A DNA stretch of 64,000 nt from Longimicrobiales bacterium (GTDB lineage: Bacteria; Gemmatimonadota; Gemmatimonadetes; Longimicrobiales; Gaopeijiaceae). Below, in pieces: positions 42,349-53,067 of this stretch (positions are counted from its first letter, which is position 1; the number at the start of each line of letters is the position of its first letter). The notes beneath the pieces were generated by a model that ran no database searches, was not told the origin of the DNA, and was given only the letters and a program-made list of their open reading frames with translations. A program made the position numbers and the translations under genes. The DNA lies in the NCBI GenBank assembly GCA_965198065.1, contig CBDAON010000004.1:576001-640000 (forward strand), given 5' to 3'.

Positions 42349-42705
42349 TCATGGAAGGATGATCCGGCTTTTCGATCCTTCGTCGACGGCCACGGAGATC
42401 GTGTCGTTCACCTTCTTCAGAAGCTTGTCGAAGTTCGCCTGGGCCGCGATGAGACGCTGATACGCCGGGCGCACCTGGAGGTCCTGAACCAACCGGTCGT
42501 ATCGCTCGCGCACATCGTCCCCGGGCTCCTTACCGGCCTGGAGCGCCACGAGGATCTCGGATTCGAGCTTGTCCAGATCGTTGCGGAGCTCCACGAGCTC
42601 GCGGTCCTCGTCCAGGCTCGCGGTGGCTCGCTTGAGCGCCTGGTACTCGTCCGTCCTGCCGAGCGCCTCTCCCAACTCCTTGGCCATCTCCTGTACGTTC
42701 GCCAT
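42349..42705 (-). CDS. YlbF/YmcA-family regulator
   Basis: A.ELG..L..T.EY, all-helical, AQ..FD.L...VN..I. Confidence 0.75.
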   Translation of the reverse strand: MANVQEMAKELGEALGRTDEYQALKRATASLDEDRELVELRNDLDKLESEILVALQAGKEPGDDVRERYDRLVQDLQVRPAYQRLIAAQANFDKLLKKVNDTISVAVDEGSKSRIILP

Positions 42706-42722
42706 TCGTTCGGATCTCGTCC

Positions 42723-43691
42723 TCAAGCTGTCTCGGATTCTCGCAAGGCGAGCACCAATCGCTCCCGCCCGCTCAGGTCCCGAAGGGTCCGGACCGCCCC
42801 GAGGCCGGAGGTGGAGACGATCCGTTCTGCCACGCGACGGGCCTGCCCGAGGCCCACTTCGAGCGCAAGAAGCCCACCCGGAGTCAGGATGGCCGCGGCT
42901 CCGTCCACGAGAGCGTCCAGGACCCGGAGCCCTCCGTCCTCCGCGACCAGCGCGTCTCTGGGCTCCCATCCCCGCACCTCGGGTGCGAGGCCGTCGTACT
43001 CCTCTTCGGAAACATACGGAGGATTCGAGATGACGACATCGAAGCACTCGCCGACGAGGACGGGATCGTAAATGGAGCCGACCCTGAGCTCGACGCGCCC
43101 GTCCGCTCCCGCCCGCTGGGCGTTCGCCCGTGCCACCTCGAGGGCGGCCGACGATGAATCCGTCGCCACGACGCCGTCGAACGGCCCCTCGACGGCGAGG
43201 GAGATCGCGACGGCCCCGCTCCCGGTGCCCACATCCAGAGCCCTAAGAGAGCCAGCACCCCCGGCGGCCCCGGCTGCGCCCCCCCCGCCGACGCCCGGCC
43301 GCCCACGGACCCAGTCCAGCGCCGCGCCCACGAGCTCCTCCGTCTCGGGGCGGGGGATCAGCACTCTCGGATCCGTTAGCAGCTCCAACTCGCGGAACGT
43401 GGTTCGGCCCAGAATGTACTGGAGCGGCTTCCGCCCCCCCCGGTCCACAAGGGGACCCTTGAACGCGGCCAGGTCGCCAGGGGCCACCGGCTGATCGAAG
43501 TGAAGGTAGAGGTCCAGGCGGGACATGTGGAGGACGCCGGCCAGCAGGTATTCGGCATCGAGGCGGGGGGACTCCACACCCCGTTCCTCGAGATAGCCCG
43601 CCGCCCAGCGAATCAGGTGCATCACCGTCCACGGGGCTCCGTCGGGAGACGGTCCGACCCGGGGAGCCCACGCGCGGGACGCCGACGTCAC
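42723..43691 (-). CDS. prmC: Release factor glutamine methyltransferase
   Basis: [30 protein letters not shown]. Confidence 0.96.
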   Translation of the reverse strand: MTSASRAWAPRVGPSPDGAPWTVMHLIRWAAGYLEERGVESPRLDAEYLLAGVLHMSRLDLYLHFDQPVAPGDLAAFKGPLVDRGGRKPLQYILGRTTFRELELLTDPRVLIPRPETEELVGAALDWVRGRPGVGGGGAAGAAGGAGSLRALDVGTGSGAVAISLAVEGPFDGVVATDSSSAALEVARANAQRAGADGRVELRVGSIYDPVLVGECFDVVISNPPYVSEEEYDGLAPEVRGWEPRDALVAEDGGLRVLDALVDGAAAILTPGGLLALEVGLGQARRVAERIVSTSGLGAVRTLRDLSGRERLVLALRESETA

Positions 43692-44809
43692 TCCTCCCCT
43701 CCCGATCGTGCGGCTCGTCCGTCGTCCGCGAGCCGCTCCTCCTCGTCCTGGAGGCGGAGCGCCTGGAGAAGCTCCTCCAGGTCCCCGTCCAGCACGTCCT
43801 CGAGCTTGTGCAGCGTGAGTCCCGTCCGGTGATCGGTCACCCGGTTCTGCGGGAAGTTGTACGTCCGGATCTTCGCCGAACGGTCACCGGTGCCGACCTG
43901 CGCCTTCCGCTCCCGCGCGCGCTCCGCCTCCTGCTCGGCGACTTTCCGGGCCAGAAGACGGCTCCGAAGCACCTTCAGCGCCTTCGCCTTGTTCTTGTGC
44001 TGGGATTTTTCGTCCTGGCAGCTCACCACGAGGCCGCTCGGAAGGTGCGTGATGCGGATCGCGGAGTCCGTGGTGTTGACGGACTGGCCCCCAGGGCCAG
44101 AGGACCGGAAAACGTCGATCCGGAGATCTCCGGGGTCGATGTCGATGTCTACCTCCTCCGCCTCGGGAAGGACGGCTACCGTCGCCGCCGAGGTGTGGAT
44201 CCTCCCCTGACTCTCCGTTTCCGGGACCCGCTGCACGCGATGGACGCCCGACTCGAACCGGAGCGTGCCGTACGCCTGGGGGCCGCGCACGATCGTGATG
44301 GCCTCCTTCACGGACCCCCTGCTACCCTCGGAGAGATCCACGAGCTCGACGTCGAGGCCCCGGCGCTCCGCAAACCTCCGGTACATCCGGAGGAGGTCGG
44401 CCGCGAAGAGGCCGGCCTCGTCCCCGCCCGTTCCCGCGCGGATCTCGACGACCGCGTCCCGGTCGGCAAAGGGGCTCCTGGGAACGAGAAGGTGCCGGGC
44501 CCGGTCAGAGAGCTCCCCGAGCCGGCGCTCCAGCGCCTCGACCTCGGCGGCCGCGAGGGTTCGCAGCTCTCCGTCCTCCGCGTGCTCCGCGAGCTCTGCC
44601 GCCCCAACCAGCTCGCGGGAGACCGTCTCCAGATTGTTCGCCAGCTCGACGATCGGCTCCAGCGCGGAGCGCTCACGTCCGAGCTTTCGAAGGAGATCCG
44701 GATCGTTGGCGGCGGAGGGATCTGAGAGCCGGGTCGTCACGGCCTCGTGGCGCTTCACTGCCTCCCCGAGCCGCCGACCCAACCGATCATCCAGACGGGA
44801 GACCTTCAC
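43688..44809 (-). CDS. prfA: Peptide chain release factor 1
   Basis: GTGGDEA, VPET, GGQ, RTYNFPQ. Confidence 0.97.
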   Translation of the reverse strand: MKVSRLDDRLGRRLGEAVKRHEAVTTRLSDPSAANDPDLLRKLGRERSALEPIVELANNLETVSRELVGAAELAEHAEDGELRTLAAAEVEALERRLGELSDRARHLLVPRSPFADRDAVVEIRAGTGGDEAGLFAADLLRMYRRFAERRGLDVELVDLSEGSRGSVKEAITIVRGPQAYGTLRFESGVHRVQRVPETESQGRIHTSAATVAVLPEAEEVDIDIDPGDLRIDVFRSSGPGGQSVNTTDSAIRITHLPSGLVVSCQDEKSQHKNKAKALKVLRSRLLARKVAEQEAERARERKAQVGTGDRSAKIRTYNFPQNRVTDHRTGLTLHKLEDVLDGDLEELLQALRLQDEEERLADDGRAARSGGEE

Positions 44810-44850
44810 CGCGGCCCCACGAGGTCACTGAGGAGATGGGAACGGACGGG

Positions 44851-45060
44851 CTAAGAATCTTCGTCTTGCTTGTACTTTCGGTTGAACCGTTCTACCCGGC
44901 CGGCGGTGTCGACCAGCTTCTGCTTCCCGGTGTAGAACGGGTGGCAGACCCCGCAGATCTCCACGTGAAGCTCCCCGAGGGTCGAGCGGGTTTGGATGAT
45001 GTTCCCGCACGAGCACACGATTTGAGCCCCTCTGTAATCCGGGTGAATTCCCTGCTTCAT
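44851..45060 (-). CDS. rpmE: 50S ribosomal protein L31 (Zn-binding type)
   Basis: [21 protein letters not shown]. Confidence 0.96.
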   Translation of the reverse strand: MKQGIHPDYRGAQIVCSCGNIIQTRSTLGELHVEICGVCHPFYTGKQKLVDTAGRVERFNRKYKQDEDS

Positions 45061-45133
45061 GATCCCTCTCCAGGCCGCGAAGGAACCGCGGCTCCTCCGA
45101 CCGTCTCTCGGTAGCATCGCGAACAGACTTGAG

Positions 45134-45162
45134 AATATAGAAACGGGCGGAAGAGGTCTCAA
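45134..45162 (-). promoter_or_regulatory. Sigma70 promoter of rpmE-prfA operon
   Basis: TTGAGA-N17-TATATT. Confidence 0.65.
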
Positions 45163-45374
45163 GGTGACCAGCGGACATGGACAGGCACGCCGCGTGCCCC
45201 CCGGCGGACCTACCCCCCCCGCCGAGGACGACCGCGGGCAGGCCGTACCTCTCGTGGCGCACAGAGAGGCGTGGCTCGAGACCGCCTCCGGGGTGATGGG
45301 GCCGCCCGGCTTCCGATCTGGCCCAGCTACCTGGCCGGAGGGCTCGGGGCTCCCTCCCACCTACCACCCGCACC

Positions 45375-46040
45375 CTACCGCTCCTCTCCCTCGCCGAGCG
45401 CTCCGAAGGTCCATTGACCTCCCGCGCGGAGCTGGAGGTACGCCAGATCTTCGAGGAGCTCGTAGCGCGCCTCACCGACGAGGCGGAAGCGGCTGTGAAG
45501 CGGGATCTCCAGCCCCGCGTGCGCGTTGAGCCCGGCGCGCACGGAGTCCAACAGGTCCTCGACGAACGTGTCGGCGATCGCCTCGCCGCCTCCGCGGAGC
45601 ACGTGGGCGCCTCCCCCCATCCCCAGGTAGGTCAGGAGCCCGTACGGAACGCGCCAGAAGAAGTGGACGTCGCCGTGAATCTCCGTGTCCGCCCAGGTGA
45701 TCTCCCCAAGCGTCACGTCGGTAGCGGGCGGCCCCGTCCGCTCGATCAGCTCCTCCACCCGGTTCTCCAGCTTCTCCACCTCCCCGCGGCTCAAGGTCGA
45801 TGACCAGTGGCTGAAGCCGACCACGGCGCGCACGCCCGGTCCGAGGAAGCCCAGATCGAAGCGCCCTCCGATCGACCAGGTGGGATCCACCTTCGAGGGG
45901 AAGATCCATCCTCCGTCGATCATGACGCCTCGAAACGACAAGTACTCGTAGTCCAGGCTCGCGAGCCCCTGAGCGGCCGCGGCCGGCGGGAAGGCGAAGG
46001 CCAGGGCCAGCGCGACGACCCCGGGGACGGACCGTTTCAT
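45375..46040 (-). CDS. Small outer-membrane beta-barrel protein
   Basis: Signal peptide AAA-Q, YLGMGGG, GEARY strands; ATG overlaps hemL stop. Confidence 0.7.
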   Translation of the reverse strand: MKRSVPGVVALALAFAFPPAAAAQGLASLDYEYLSFRGVMIDGGWIFPSKVDPTWSIGGRFDLGFLGPGVRAVVGFSHWSSTLSRGEVEKLENRVEELIERTGPPATDVTLGEITWADTEIHGDVHFFWRVPYGLLTYLGMGGGAHVLRGGGEAIADTFVEDLLDSVRAGLNAHAGLEIPLHSRFRLVGEARYELLEDLAYLQLRAGGQWTFGALGEGEER

Positions 46041-47314
46041 GAGACAGCCTCCGCCGCCCCGCGGGCGGCCTCGATGGTCAACTGGAGCTCGGCCTCCCCG
46101 TGCCGGACCGAGACGAATCCCGCCTCGAAAGCCGACGGCGCGAGGAACACGCCCCGCTCGAGCATCTCCTTGTGAAAGCGCTTGAAGCGCTCGACGTCGG
46201 ACTTTTGCGCTTCCTCGAACGACCCGACCGGACCCGGGTGGAAGAAGATGCCCCACATGGAGCCGACCGCCACGCCGGAAGCCGGGATACCGGCCCCGCT
46301 CAGGGCTTCCAGTAGGCCTTCCACCAGTCGGCGGGCGTAGCGCTCGAGCTCCGGGAAGGGATCATGCTCCTCCAGCCACGCGATCTGGGCGTTTCCCGCC
46401 GCCGTCGCCAGCGGGTTTCCGGAGAGCGTGCCCGCCTGGTACACGGGGCCGAGGGGAGCCACGCGCTCCATGATCTCCTTTCGGCCGCCGAAGGCGCCGA
46501 CCGGGAGGCCGCCCCCGATCACTTTTCCGAGCGTCGTCAGATCTGGGACTACTCCGAATTGCCCCTGGGCGCCCCGGAGCCCCACCCGGAACCCGGTCAT
46601 GACCTCGTCGAAGACGAGGAGCGCGTGATGCTTGGCGGTGACCTCGCGCAGGAGCTCCAGGAACCCGGGTTCGGGCGGGATCAGCCCCGCGTTCCCCATG
46701 ACCGGTTCGACGAAGATGGCCGCCAGCTCGTGTCCGTGTCGCCGGAAGAGCTCCTCCACCCCCTCTGCGTCGTTGAAAGCGAGGAGAAGCGTGTCCTTCA
46801 CCGCGTCGTTGGGAACCCCGGGGGAGTTCGGGAGGCCCAGCGTCGCGACGCCGCTCCCGGCCGCAGCAAGGAAGGGATCCGCGTGCCCGTGGTAGCCGCC
46901 GGTGAACTTGAGGAACCGGGGACGCTCCGTGTGCGCGCGCGCGAGCCGGAGCGCGCTCATGGTGGCTTCGGTCCCCGAGCTCACAAGGCGAACCATCTCG
47001 AGGCCCGGGAGGATCCGGACGAGCCGCTCGGCGAGCTCGACCTCGGCCACCGTGGGGGTCCCGTAGCTCGTACCCCTTGCGAGCTGCTCCTCCACGGCCG
47101 ACCGGACGGCCGGGTGAGCGTGGCCGAGGATCAGGGGGCCCCACGAGAGCACGTAGTCCAGGTAGCGGCGCCCCTCGGTGTCCTCGATGTAGGCACCCTC
47201 TCCCCGGCTCGCGAAGAAGGGCTCGCCCCCGACCGACCTGAACGAGCGTACGGGAGAGCTCACTCCGCCGGGAAGGACCTTCTGCGCCCGAGCCCAGATC
47301 CGGGACGGGCTCAA
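46037..47314 (-). CDS. hemL: Glutamate-1-semialdehyde 2,1-aminomutase
   Basis: PGGVSSPVR, SGTEATM, FDEVMTGFR, GKVIGGG, QAGTLSGNP. Confidence 0.96.
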   Translation of the reverse strand: MSPSRIWARAQKVLPGGVSSPVRSFRSVGGEPFFASRGEGAYIEDTEGRRYLDYVLSWGPLILGHAHPAVRSAVEEQLARGTSYGTPTVAEVELAERLVRILPGLEMVRLVSSGTEATMSALRLARAHTERPRFLKFTGGYHGHADPFLAAAGSGVATLGLPNSPGVPNDAVKDTLLLAFNDAEGVEELFRRHGHELAAIFVEPVMGNAGLIPPEPGFLELLREVTAKHHALLVFDEVMTGFRVGLRGAQGQFGVVPDLTTLGKVIGGGLPVGAFGGRKEIMERVAPLGPVYQAGTLSGNPLATAAGNAQIAWLEEHDPFPELERYARRLVEGLLEALSGAGIPASGVAVGSMWGIFFHPGPVGSFEEAQKSDVERFKRFHKEMLERGVFLAPSAFEAGFVSVRHGEAELQLTIEAARGAAEAVS

Positions 47315-48850
47315 CCCACGACCCTCGCCCTGAGGTCGTACTCGGCGGCATCCTCGATACGCACGTGAACGAACGAGCCCTCAAGGGGCCCGGGAGCCCC
47401 ATGGTTTCCCGGCCCGGCCGGCCGGACGAGCCGGGTCACGCCGTCCACCTCGACGGCCTGCCCCCGGGTGCGGCCTTCCGCCACGAACTCGGGGTCGCCC
47501 TCGAGCGCGCGATCGACGAGGAGCACGTCCCCCTGCCCCACGAGAGCCTCGTTCTTCTCCCGGGAGATCTCGCGCTGCGCTTCCATCAGCGTCTCGAGCC
47601 GATCTCGCTTCTCCGCGTCGGAGACCTGTGGGGTCATCCCGGCGGCGGGCGTCCCCTCTTCGACAGAGTACGGGAAGGCACCGACGCGCTCGAAGCGAAT
47701 CTCCTCCAGGAGATCGAGCATCTCCTGGAACTCCGCCTCCGTCTCGCCCGGGAAGCCCACGATCACTGTGGTACGGAGCACGAGGCCCGGGATCGCTTCT
47801 CGGAGCCGCGCCACCCGTGCGCGAATGCTGGCCTGTCGCTCTGGACGCCGCATCCTCTCGAGAACGGCGTCGCTTCCGTGCTGGATCGGCATGTCCAGGT
47901 AAGGAAGGATCCTGGGTTCGGTGGCAAGGACCTCGATCATCTCCGGGGTGATCCCCGAAGGGTACATGTAGAACAGACGGTACCAGGGGACGGATGTGCC
48001 GTCCAGCAGGGCCCTGAGGAGGTCGGGAAGGAGCGGGGAGCCCGCCCCGTGCCTGCGCTTCAGGTCACGCCCGTACCAGGTCGTGTCCTGCGACACGACG
48101 TTCAGCTCCCTTACGCCGCGCGCCTCGAGCTCACGCGCCTCCCGCACCAGCTCCTCCACCGGGGCCGAGCGGTGGAGCCCCCGCATGTGTGGGATCGCGC
48201 AGAACGCGCACGTGTGGTCGCATCCCTCCGAGATCTTGAGGTGGGCCGTGTGCGGTGTGTCGGTGGAGAGGATACGGAGCGGGACCTCCATGTTCGGGGC
48301 GCCGACGAGGTCCGCATCGAGGAGCCCTCTCGCCCGGAGCTCCCCGACCAGCCGGCCCATCTCGGTGAGGCCGAGGAAGAGATCCACCTCCGGGATCTCC
48401 GCCTGGAGCTCCTCCTTGTAGCGCTGGACGAGGCACCCCACCGCCACGACCACGCGCACGTCGCCGTCCGACTTGAGCGCGCACGCCTCGAGGATCGTGT
48501 CGATGGATTCTTCCTTCGCCGCCTCGATGAAGCCGCAGGTGTTGATCACGATGATCTCGGCCCCCCGCCGCCTCGATGAAGCCGCAGGTGTTGATCACGA
48601 TGATCTCGGCCCCCTCGACGCCGGGAGAGACCCGAGCCCCGTGTCCGACGAGGGCGGCCATCAGCCGCTCGGAGTCCACGGTGTTCTTGTCGCAGCCCAG
48701 GGTCACGAGGCCGATCCGGAGGCCGTCCGGGGAACCCGTCGGAGCGAGCCGGCGCTCGTCGGTCCCGACATCTCTGGGAACGTCCGGGCGCACCGGGTCC
48801 CGGGTAACCGGGAAGACGGGAAGGTCTCTGGTGCGGAGCCGCCCCGTCAT
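47311..48850 (-). pseudogene. rimO: Ribosomal protein S12 methylthiotransferase, frameshifted by 49-bp duplication
   Basis: LGCDKNTVDSE and NTCGFI in one frame; GC, KISEGCDHTCAFC and TRAM domain in another. Confidence 0.9.
48517..48614. repeat. Exact 49-bp tandem duplication
   Basis: 48517-48565 is identical to 48566-48614. Confidence 0.95.
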
Positions 48851-49527
48851 CTCGCGATCACCTGGACTCCGGGAGGGGGGTCGAAGCGGAAGCGCGCCGC
48901 GTCGAGCGAGGGGTTCAGTCGAATGTTCGAGAGATCGAGGGTGCGGACCGACTCCGACTCCTCCACGATCACGAGCCTCCGGATGAGGAAGTCCGAGGCG
49001 TCGATCCACACCCGCGCGCGTCGGTAAGGGGATGCGACCTGCGGGGTCAGGGAGAGGATGTGGCACTCCCGGCCGTCCACGGTCTCCCGCCCCTCGAGCG
49101 TCGCGGCGTACCGCCGCCCCGGCTCCGAGAGAAACTCCCGGTGGAGATCCATCCGGTTATTCCCCGACGCGAGCGACAAGCGCACCACCTGGCCGTCGTC
49201 CACGCTCGGAAAGTAGACCCACAGGTAGACCCCATCGGCCACGACCCGGTCGCCCACCGGATCCGTGAAACGCATCTCGAATCGATCCGGTAGGGCCTGG
49301 CAGAGCTCCCCGGCGCTCCGGGTCGTCTCGCGGAGCAAGGTCACGTCGATCTGCTGCCGGAAGTCGGCGCAAAACGCGGCGAGCGCCTCGTAGCGCTCTG
49401 CCGCGCGCTCCAGGATGACCTGGGCGCTTTGCGCGGGGAGAGCCGCCGGGACGAGGGCAGCCAGGGCGGTCGAGCCTGCGAGCGCTCGGAGGGCGCGCCC
49501 CGCGTGGCCGTTCACGGAAGGAGTCAT
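48847..49527 (-). CDS. lolA: Outer-membrane lipoprotein carrier LolA family
   Basis: Signal peptide, ADFRQ, P..F..RF..P, VADG..LW.Y, F.F.PP.GV. Confidence 0.85.
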   Translation of the reverse strand: MTPSVNGHAGRALRALAGSTALAALVPAALPAQSAQVILERAAERYEALAAFCADFRQQIDVTLLRETTRSAGELCQALPDRFEMRFTDPVGDRVVADGVYLWVYFPSVDDGQVVRLSLASGNNRMDLHREFLSEPGRRYAATLEGRETVDGRECHILSLTPQVASPYRRARVWIDASDFLIRRLVIVEESESVRTLDLSNIRLNPSLDAARFRFDPPPGVQVIAR

Positions 49528-49623
49528 GTGGTGCCGGGGATCCGGGACGCGTGAAACGCTTTCGCTGTCCCCGTGTACACGCGCGGCGGCGGGATCGTTC
49601 ACCCACTCCCATCGGGAGCCCCC

Positions 49624-50106
49624 ATGGTCACTCGCGCCCTCTCGGTCCTCGTCGTCGCGTCGCTCGCCTTCCTGGCCGGCGGGTGCGGCGGGGACGACGG
49701 AACGGGCCCCGGCACCGGGGACCCGCGGTTGATCGAGTACGCCCCGGAGCTCGGGATCGATCTGGACCTCTTCGAGGAGCTTCCCTCTCGGCTCTTCTAT
49801 CGGGACGACCCCGTAGGCGACGGCGCCGAGGCCGTCTCCGGTCGAGTCGTGACCGTCCATTACGTCGGGCACCTCACTGATGGTTCGATCTTCGACTCGA
49901 GCGTCGCGCGAAACCAGCCCTTCAGCTTCCGGTTGGGTGTCGATCCAGTGATCGACGGATGGGACCAGGGAATCCCCGGAATGCGGATCGGCGGCCACCG
50001 CACCCTCGTGATCCCCCCTCACCTGGGGTATGGCGCCACGGGCTTCGGCGCGATCCCGCCGAACGCGGTCCTCATCTTCACGGTGGAGCTCCTCCAGGTA
50101 AGCTGA
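49624..50106 (+). CDS. FKBP-type peptidyl-prolyl isomerase, lipoprotein
   Basis: Lipobox-like LAGG-C; VHY.G.L.DG..FDSS, VI.GWD.G, LGYG, IPPNA.L.F.VEL. Confidence 0.93.
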   Translation: MVTRALSVLVVASLAFLAGGCGGDDGTGPGTGDPRLIEYAPELGIDLDLFEELPSRLFYRDDPVGDGAEAVSGRVVTVHYVGHLTDGSIFDSSVARNQPFSFRLGVDPVIDGWDQGIPGMRIGGHRTLVIPPHLGYGATGFGAIPPNAVLIFTVELLQVS

Positions 50107-50144
50107 GTGGACGTGCCCGGGCTCTCCAAGACAAGGGAGACACA

Positions 50145-50660
50145 ATGAAGACCACGGAACCTCTGGGTCGTCGCCCATTCGTGAAGCGCGTTCTAGCCGC
50201 TGGAGCGGCCCTCTCCGGTTGGAAGGCGCTCAGTCCCCCAACCAAAGCGCGCGCGTCGCAGGAGCCGGGGGTCGGCGCCCTGGATCACGTGGCGATCCCG
50301 ATCCAGAACGTGGACGCGATGGCCGCCTTCTACCGGGGGCTCGGCTTCCGGATCATGGAAACCGGAAGCCGGATCTCCATCCACTTCGGCGACCAGAAGA
50401 TGCACTTTCACCGGCCGTCGACCTGGCAGAACCCCTCCTTCACCCTGCGTGCCAGGGCCGCTCAACCACCGTGCGGCGACTTCTGCTGGGTCTGGGAAGG
50501 AACGGACGACGCCCTTCGAGGGCTGATCGAACGGGTGGGGGCGGAGATCGAGGCTGAAGGGGAGCGGGTCGGCGGCCGGGACGGAGGGACCGCCACGGGT
50601 TACAGCGTCTACATCCGCGATCCCGACGGGAACCTGCTGGAGTTCATCCGCTACGCCTAG
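50145..50660 (+). CDS. VOC/glyoxalase-family protein with Tat signal
   Basis: GRRPFVK + ARA cleavage; LDHVAI, FY..LG, SVY.RDPDGNLLEF. Confidence 0.85.
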   Translation: MKTTEPLGRRPFVKRVLAAGAALSGWKALSPPTKARASQEPGVGALDHVAIPIQNVDAMAAFYRGLGFRIMETGSRISIHFGDQKMHFHRPSTWQNPSFTLRARAAQPPCGDFCWVWEGTDDALRGLIERVGAEIEAEGERVGGRDGGTATGYSVYIRDPDGNLLEFIRYA

Positions 50661-50696
50661 CGGGCCCGGCTGGCGGAGCCGGCCGTGGCCGTCCGG

Positions 50697-53027
50697 TCAG
50701 GCGCCCCTGCCGGAGAGCATCCGCTCGAGTTGATCGAGCGTCATCAGGATCTCGCGCGGCTTCGAGCCGTCGGGGGGGCCGAGCACGCCCGCATCGTGGA
50801 GCTGGTCCATGATCCTCGCGGCCCGGCCGTATCCGATCCGGAGCCTCCGCTGGAGCAGGGAGGTCGAGCCCTGCTCCGCGCGGATGCAGATCTCCGCGGC
50901 CTCGCGGAACAGGTCGTCCCACTCCCCGCCGAGCGCTTCCGCGGCCCCCTCTCCTTCCTCGGCCTCGCGGGCACGCACGACCTCGAGGATGTCGTCCTCG
51001 ACCGGCGTGCCATACGGCTCGAGCCCCTCCGTCAGCTTCCGGTCCCTCAGCTCGCGGTACCAGTCGATCAGGCGCTCGGTGTCTTCGGTCGAGATGAACG
51101 CCCCCTGGATCCGGACCGGCTCGCTCTGGCCTGGGGGAAGGAACAGCATGTCCCCGTTGCCCAGGAGCGCGTCGGCGCCGTTCTGGTCCAGGATCGTCCG
51201 CGAGTCAGTCTTGGAGGCGACCCGGAACGCCATCCGGCACGGAAAGTTCGCCTTGATCAGGCCCGTGATCACGTTCACGGACGGACGTTGCGTGGCCACG
51301 ATCAGGTGCATGCCTATGGCCCGCGCCTTCTGAGCCAGGAGGGTGAGCGGCCGCTCGACCTCGCTCTGGACCGTCATCATGAGGTCCGCGAGCTCGTCCA
51401 CCACGAGCAGGACGAAGGGGAGGAGGCCGCCCCGATACACCCAACGGTCCGGATCCTCCTCGTCGCCCTGCGGCGTCGGGCTCCTCAGCGGAACGCCCTT
51501 CCTCACCCGGCGATTGAACTCTCCGAGGGATCTGACCCCGTTCTCGGAGAGGAGCGAGTAGCGCCGCTCCATCTCAAGCAGCGTCCACTTGAGAACGCCC
51601 GCCGCATCCCTTGGATCGGTCACCACGGGGTGACGGAGGTGGGGCAAGTCCGCGTAGGTGGAGAGCTCGACCATCTTCGGGTCCACGAGGAGGAGGCGGA
51701 GCGTCTCGGGCGTGTGTCGGTACACCAGCGAGGTGATGATCGTGTTCAGGCAGACCGACTTGCCCGATCCCGTCGCGCCCGCGATGAGGGCGTGGGGCAT
51801 GCGCGTGAGATCGGCGATGTACGGGTCGCCCTGAAGGTCTTTCCCAAGGGCCATCGGAAGCTCCGCCCGCGACTTCGTGAACGCGGGGCTCTCCAGGATC
51901 TCCCGAACCTGCACGGTCATAGGCACCGGGTTCGGGATCTCGACGCCGACCGCGCCCTTCCCCGGGATCGGCGCCACGATCCGGACGGTCTTCGCCCGCA
52001 TGGCCAGTGCAAGGTCCCGATCCAGGTTCGCGATCCGGTTCACCTTGACCCCCGGAGCGGGAATCACCTCGAATTGCGTCACCACCGGTCCCGTGGTCCT
52101 CCCTCCGAGCTCGCTCTCCACGCTGAAGGTCCGGAGCTTCTCAACCAGCACGCTCCCGAGCTGGTCGAGCTCCTGCTCCATCTCCCCCCCGCTCCCGTGG
52201 GTGGCCTCCGAGAGAAGCTCGAGCGGGGGTAGCTCGTCGCCCGCCAGCTCCCTGGGGTCGCGCGGATCCGGGAGGTCGCCTCCCCCCCACGGTCTCCGGC
52301 TCGCAGAGGCGCTCACGGGCCTGTCGCCCAGCCCGTCCTCTTCGGGCGCGTCGGCCCCGTCCGGGCCCTCGTTCCCCTCGTCCGACGCGAGCGCCCGCAC
52401 GCCGGCCGAGCCGTCGGCTCCCGCGGTCGGCTCGACCCGGGCCTCTGTGATGCCCTCCGGCACCGAGTCGGCGCTTTCGCGAGCCTCCGCACGTGCCTCG
52501 CGCATCCGCCGCCAGGCGCCCGCGCTCCGATTGGCCATCCACGAGAGCAGCTCCCCGAGCGGGTTCCAGCCGACCGTCCCCAGCGTGAGGAGGAGGAGGG
52601 CGACCCCGAACGTGAACCCGGCGCCGAACGTGCCGAGGGCGAGCACCGCCGGCCGCCCGAGGAAGCGGCCGATCACCCCGGCCTGGGGCTCTGACATCCC
52701 GAGCACATGGGCGATACCGGGAACGAGCACGAGGAGCCCGGCGGCGAGCACGCCGAGTCTGAGCGCACGCGAGCCCGAGGCCCACCCGCCAAACCAGAGC
52801 CCCACGATCCCCACTAGGAAGGGAAAGACCCAGGCGGCGACCCCGAAGAGATAGGTTTCCCCACTCTCCAGGACGGCGCCCACGGCGCCCATTACGTTGC
52901 CCGACGGGAACCATCGCTCCCCGAGCTCGCCCAGGAGCGTCGGGGGCACCAGTGTGAGCAGGAGGAAGAGAGCCAGGGCGAAGAACGCGACCCCGAGAAG
53001 CTCCCGTTCTCGCTCCGGTTTCGTCAT
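50697..53027 (-). CDS. ftsK: DNA translocase FtsK
   Basis: 4TM N-terminus, GATGSGKS, DELADLM, ATQRPS, LQRRLRIGYGRAAR. Confidence 0.97.
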   Translation of the reverse strand: MTKPERERELLGVAFFALALFLLLTLVPPTLLGELGERWFPSGNVMGAVGAVLESGETYLFGVAAWVFPFLVGIVGLWFGGWASGSRALRLGVLAAGLLVLVPGIAHVLGMSEPQAGVIGRFLGRPAVLALGTFGAGFTFGVALLLLTLGTVGWNPLGELLSWMANRSAGAWRRMREARAEARESADSVPEGITEARVEPTAGADGSAGVRALASDEGNEGPDGADAPEEDGLGDRPVSASASRRPWGGGDLPDPRDPRELAGDELPPLELLSEATHGSGGEMEQELDQLGSVLVEKLRTFSVESELGGRTTGPVVTQFEVIPAPGVKVNRIANLDRDLALAMRAKTVRIVAPIPGKGAVGVEIPNPVPMTVQVREILESPAFTKSRAELPMALGKDLQGDPYIADLTRMPHALIAGATGSGKSVCLNTIITSLVYRHTPETLRLLLVDPKMVELSTYADLPHLRHPVVTDPRDAAGVLKWTLLEMERRYSLLSENGVRSLGEFNRRVRKGVPLRSPTPQGDEEDPDRWVYRGGLLPFVLLVVDELADLMMTVQSEVERPLTLLAQKARAIGMHLIVATQRPSVNVITGLIKANFPCRMAFRVASKTDSRTILDQNGADALLGNGDMLFLPPGQSEPVRIQGAFISTEDTERLIDWYRELRDRKLTEGLEPYGTPVEDDILEVVRAREAEEGEGAAEALGGEWDDLFREAAEICIRAEQGSTSLLQRRLRIGYGRAARIMDQLHDAGVLGPPDGSKPREILMTLDQLERMLSGRGA

Positions 53028-53067
53028 GAGGAATTCGCCGACGCGCGGGCGAAGAAGAGGAGGACGG

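Noticed and set aside
45163..45374. Possible ncRNA in the gap upstream of the rpmE promoter
   Set aside because: GC-rich with no recognisable RNA family motif or convincing long stem.
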